Shown piece by piece: positions 46,539 to 49,921 of a DNA stretch of 49,921 nt (the stretch's first letter is position 1; each line of letters starts with the position of its first letter). Source of the DNA: Patescibacteria group bacterium. GTDB taxonomy: Bacteria; Patescibacteriota; Patescibacteriia; Patescibacteriales; UBA12465. The notes under the pieces are model-generated. The model ran no database searches. It worked only from the letters and a program-made list of their open reading frames with translations, and was not told the DNA's origin. The stretch is taken from positions 1-49,921 of the forward strand of contig JBMNOL010000006.1 of assembly GCA_050943055.1 (NCBI GenBank), given 5' to 3'. Made by a program: the position numbers and the translations under genes.

Positions 46539-47066
46539 CTAATCAATATTCTTGTCCAATATTTTTTGTGCTTTTTTGCTTATAGGAGTTATTTTATCCA
46601 TACTTTCCTCGCTCCCCTTTTCTTGAATCATTTTTAATAATTCAAAAACATGCTGGTCCCCAAAGTTGCCGTAAAATTCCATTACAATTTTTTCTTGTAT
46701 TATATTTGGGAAGCTATCTTTTAATTCATTTTTCATATATTCAGGAGTAAAGAGATATATTTCCTGGATTTTTTCCAAAGAATCTTGATCAACAACCACC
46801 TCGGTTAATTTTGAACTAAACTTATCAAATAAATACTCTTTTTTTGGTTCACGAACACTGCCGCTGGCAATATAGCCCCCTTCGCCTCTGCTTTTAAAAT
46901 GTCCCTCATTGTCCGTATATTCACTTGAAGGAGTAGGTATGTCAAACTCCTGTAACAAATTTAACTCACCATTATTTACAACAAATAATTTAGCCGACTG
47001 TTTGCCAGTGACTATGATCAATGCTTTCTTCTTTTCAAAACTGGGTAATTCTTTACTAATTTCCAT
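46539..47066 (-). CDS. Host-attachment-protein / baeRF-like family protein
   Basis: ALIIVTGKQSAKLF...FKSRG...F...L...IYLFTPEYMKNELKDSFP resembles the AtsE/eRF1-domain-2 family (pattern recall, not a search). Confidence 0.5.
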   Translation of the reverse strand: MEISKELPSFEKKKALIIVTGKQSAKLFVVNNGELNLLQEFDIPTPSSEYTDNEGHFKSRGEGGYIASGSVREPKKEYLFDKFSSKLTEVVVDQDSLEKIQEIYLFTPEYMKNELKDSFPNIIQEKIVMEFYGNFGDQHVFELLKMIQEKGSEESMDKITPISKKAQKILDKNID

Positions 47067-47412
47067 AAGACGTAAATATTAATATTTGATATTAGAGTAT
47101 AGCATGAAAAATGGATAAATACATTAATTTTTGAGACTGTAACAAATTTGTCAACAGTATTTGCTACCAGGGTGGGATACAGAAAAAAACCTAATTCCAA
47201 AAACATTGGGTTTTTACGTCACAATAGCGTCACAAATTGTGACATTTTATCATTTTTTATAACAAAAAATAGACTAATATTAGCCTATTTTATGCTTGCT
47301 CCCCATACTGAACGCCTTTAGATTGCTAAACTGGAAGGAAATAACAGAAAACCTTAAAATCTTCAATTATTACCCCACAGAACGAGTTACTATTTGATTG
47401 GTAAATTATTAA

Positions 47413-48642
47413 TTACTCCGTGCTTACCGCTATCTGACCGCATTTTTCTTTAACTTCTCCCGCTAAAGTAATTACATCATCTATATTGGGTTCAAAAGCT
47501 TCTAGTTTATCTCCATTTTTAAGTTCGACTTTAACAACGTTATCGTGAGTTTGTATAATTTTATCCACTTCACAATTATTTATGGCCAAGCTTAATCCCG
47601 TCCAAGCTGGGTCAATCAAAGGACAGGCCGTTAAACAATAATCGCTTTTCTTGCCCAATAGTTGGTTAGTAACTATAAGCAAAGCTTCTAGGTTGGGCTC
47701 GCGACTAAAACCTTTCATCGTCGCCACTAAAGAATTTTCGGTTACCTCTTTTATCATCCAAATACTAAATCCCGGTTCTAATTTCTGCACGCTCCAATCG
47801 ACTCTAGGACCTCGAATGGTTCCAACGGACAATTTATCTCGGAAAGAATACAAACCATTATTATATCCAACCATAATTAGCGGATAATTTTTTTGTGGCG
47901 CTTGACTGAGCCAACCTTCCTCCATTAAATCGACCGCGTCCTTATCTATCCAAATAGCGACTTTGTTGGCGACACTTGCCTGTAAGACTTCAAAGCTGTT
48001 AACTTCTAAAATTTCCGGATGCTGACGTAAGGCTTCTTCTGATATTTGGCCGGAATCTTTTGGTTTTAAATAAACAGCTTCAATAGGAAGAAGAGGATTG
48101 CCTTGTAAAATTTCTTCTACCCCTTCAAAACCGGTAATGAAAGCAAAATTATAACGCGCCGGCAAGGCAAAAACATAATTGGCATTACGTCCCAGTTCTC
48201 TCGGTCCAATTGGCGCCGCGCTAACAACCATTTTTCCATCCTGAACAAGACCCCATTGATCTAAGGTAAATACCATAATTGGAATATCCTGGCGTGGATT
48301 TTCAGCAGTCCACTCTGGATGTCTGATAAGTATTTCGGGGCCGGAAATTACTTCGGCCGCCTCGGTCGTTCCCTGCGCATCAAGAATCTGACCCCTCCAG
48401 GTGTCTAAAACAACGGAATAATTATTCCAGGTTACCGGTAAAGAAAAAACAAAGCCATATTCAATATTTTGGTATTGCGATACTTCTACGGATGTGGTTG
48501 CTTGATTGATAACCGGGGAAACTATTTGATTATTTGCAATATTCCAATCGGATATCGACGTTGCTCCATTTATAAAGTAAATAGAAATTATTGCCACTAA
48601 AAAAATGATAAAACCAACGCTAATTAATATTTTTTTGTTCAT
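47413..48642 (-). CDS. Hypothetical secreted/membrane-anchored protein
   Basis: MNKK plus hydrophobic helix; YQNIEYGFVFSLP (PsbP-like start); appears multi-domain. Confidence 0.7.
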   Translation of the reverse strand: MNKKILISVGFIIFLVAIISIYFINGATSISDWNIANNQIVSPVINQATTSVEVSQYQNIEYGFVFSLPVTWNNYSVVLDTWRGQILDAQGTTEAAEVISGPEILIRHPEWTAENPRQDIPIMVFTLDQWGLVQDGKMVVSAAPIGPRELGRNANYVFALPARYNFAFITGFEGVEEILQGNPLLPIEAVYLKPKDSGQISEEALRQHPEILEVNSFEVLQASVANKVAIWIDKDAVDLMEEGWLSQAPQKNYPLIMVGYNNGLYSFRDKLSVGTIRGPRVDWSVQKLEPGFSIWMIKEVTENSLVATMKGFSREPNLEALLIVTNQLLGKKSDYCLTACPLIDPAWTGLSLAINNCEVDKIIQTHDNVVKVELKNGDKLEAFEPNIDDVITLAGEVKEKCGQIAVSTE

Positions 48643-48681
48643 ATTTTTAAATATTTATTATCTAATGGAGTGTAATTTTAA

Positions 48682-49716
48682 TTAGCTTCTTATTTTTTCA
48701 ATTTCCGAATCTACTAAAATATCTAAATCAAAACTTTCTCTTTCTGTTTTACACTTAATACTTTCTTCTTTTGGGTAGTTATCACAATTTGAATAACGGG
48801 CGACAAATTGTACTGAATAAACATTATCTCCTATTACTGTTGTGTAGGCGTATTGCGTATAGACAGATCCCGCCGCTTCTTCACTAGAAGCGCCTATACA
48901 GTATTTATGGCCGTTTATTTCCTTTTTACTTATTCGAAGAGGTAAGCTAGATTCTAGAGGAGTTTCATTACACGCTATTTCACCATTTTCTACCCAAGAC
49001 TCTAATTTGGGATATTCTTCGGCTTTAAATATATTCGAACTATAATTCTGAAATGAAATATAATTCGCCTTAAAACTATCTGGTAAATTTGATTCAATGT
49101 CTTTCTCCTCTGTATATAAATGCTTAACACCTACTACCTTGATTGTGCCTAAAGTTTTATAAATGTCGCTTTCTTCGTTTATCAGCTCCCCGCTAATTTC
49201 TATTTTTTGCCCCTTTCTTATCTTATTAACTACATTATTTTTATCATCACTAGCTGCCTGCAGGCGATAATAATCGCCACTACTATTCTTAATACCAAAT
49301 ACACATAAATCATTATGGGGTATATTTTCATCTTTTAGGGGCAAACAAACAAACTCTCCAGTAACTTTAAATAAGTCTTTATGAATTTCATCATACTGTT
49401 TTTGAATTTCAGAGAGAGTTATTTCCTCAAGATTATTTTCTAATTTCCCTGCTTCATTGATGGTCAAATTTCCGCAATCACAAAGTATTTTTTTACCACA
49501 CAAAGTTGATATGCTACCACAAGGAACTTGAACATTATTATATTCTTTACAGCCAAATAAACCCTCGCAGGTTTTCAAGTTGAACTCACAATACCCTTTT
49601 TCTGGATATACTTTAAAATCTTTATCACAGCTATTTGGGATTAAAAAAAATAAAGCAACAAGAATTAATAACAAAAAAACAAAAGAATAGATTAAAATTT
49701 TGAATTGCCTTTTCAT
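48682..49716 (-). CDS. Hypothetical membrane-anchored Cys-rich protein
   Basis: N-terminal TM, a Cys cluster at aa ~30-82 and further Cys pairs; 344 aa. Confidence 0.7.
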   Translation of the reverse strand: MKRQFKILIYSFVFLLLILVALFFLIPNSCDKDFKVYPEKGYCEFNLKTCEGLFGCKEYNNVQVPCGSISTLCGKKILCDCGNLTINEAGKLENNLEEITLSEIQKQYDEIHKDLFKVTGEFVCLPLKDENIPHNDLCVFGIKNSSGDYYRLQAASDDKNNVVNKIRKGQKIEISGELINEESDIYKTLGTIKVVGVKHLYTEEKDIESNLPDSFKANYISFQNYSSNIFKAEEYPKLESWVENGEIACNETPLESSLPLRISKKEINGHKYCIGASSEEAAGSVYTQYAYTTVIGDNVYSVQFVARYSNCDNYPKEESIKCKTERESFDLDILVDSEIEKIRS

Positions 49717-49921
49717 GATACTTAAAATTTAAATATTAACTATCTATAGTGTATTACAATACAAAGTTTGTTAAAAGTTCGAATCCCGTCCCCCCCGCAC
49801 TGAAGTAAAATCGCTTTTATTTTTGATTTTAGAGAGTATATCAAACGGCTCTTTATAAGAAATATTAGCGATTTTTTTATTACTAATTTCAGCGTTCCAA
49901 AGTAAAGAATCTAAGATTTCT

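Noticed and set aside
418-47887. Many short ORFs antisense to or overlapping well-supported genes (e.g. 418-618, 4214-4561, 6598-6966, 35042-35440, 47651-47887)
   Set aside because: Shadow frames of conserved genes with no motifs of their own.
49777-49800. GTTCGAATCCC as a tRNA gene
   Set aside because: No upstream D-arm, anticodon arm or pairing acceptor stem; at most a remnant.
1-49921. CRISPR array, rRNA, intact transposase, integrase, reverse transcriptase or prophage genes
   Set aside because: No regularly spaced direct repeats and no diagnostic protein motifs were seen.

Overview
Bacterial chromosomal window with compact intergenic spacers, AT-rich start regions lacking Shine-Dalgarno motifs, and a gene set consistent with Patescibacteria/CPR (Parcubacteria-like; taxonomy is inferred). 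The core (~2.2-45 kb) holds mtaB, tRNA-Lys(UUU), tRNA-Thr(UGU), dnaB-ybaB-recR, rplU, murA and galU with three GT2 genes. It continues with a dTTP-supply cluster (dCMP deaminase, thyA, DHFR, a P-loop kinase, a Tmk-dUTPase fusion), gatB, miaA/miaB, GT-C-like membrane proteins, DUF3160, mltG, uppP and tatD. The right part of the core has an hrcA-[Nudix-GrpE]-hsp20-dnaK-dnaJ operon with a variant CIRCE, PBP2 and a two-component locus that includes a pseudo-receiver regulator. Both ends are AT-richer accessory DNA: a Doc-type toxin-antitoxin pair and a secreted protein on the left, and a co-oriented array of hypothetical and decayed genes separated by tRNA-end/att-like scars on the right. The most novel signal is a GC-rich structured non-coding element present twice (1-115 on +, 45510-45700 on -), with conserved motifs in the same order around sequence-unrelated hairpins, each copy beside an accessory region.
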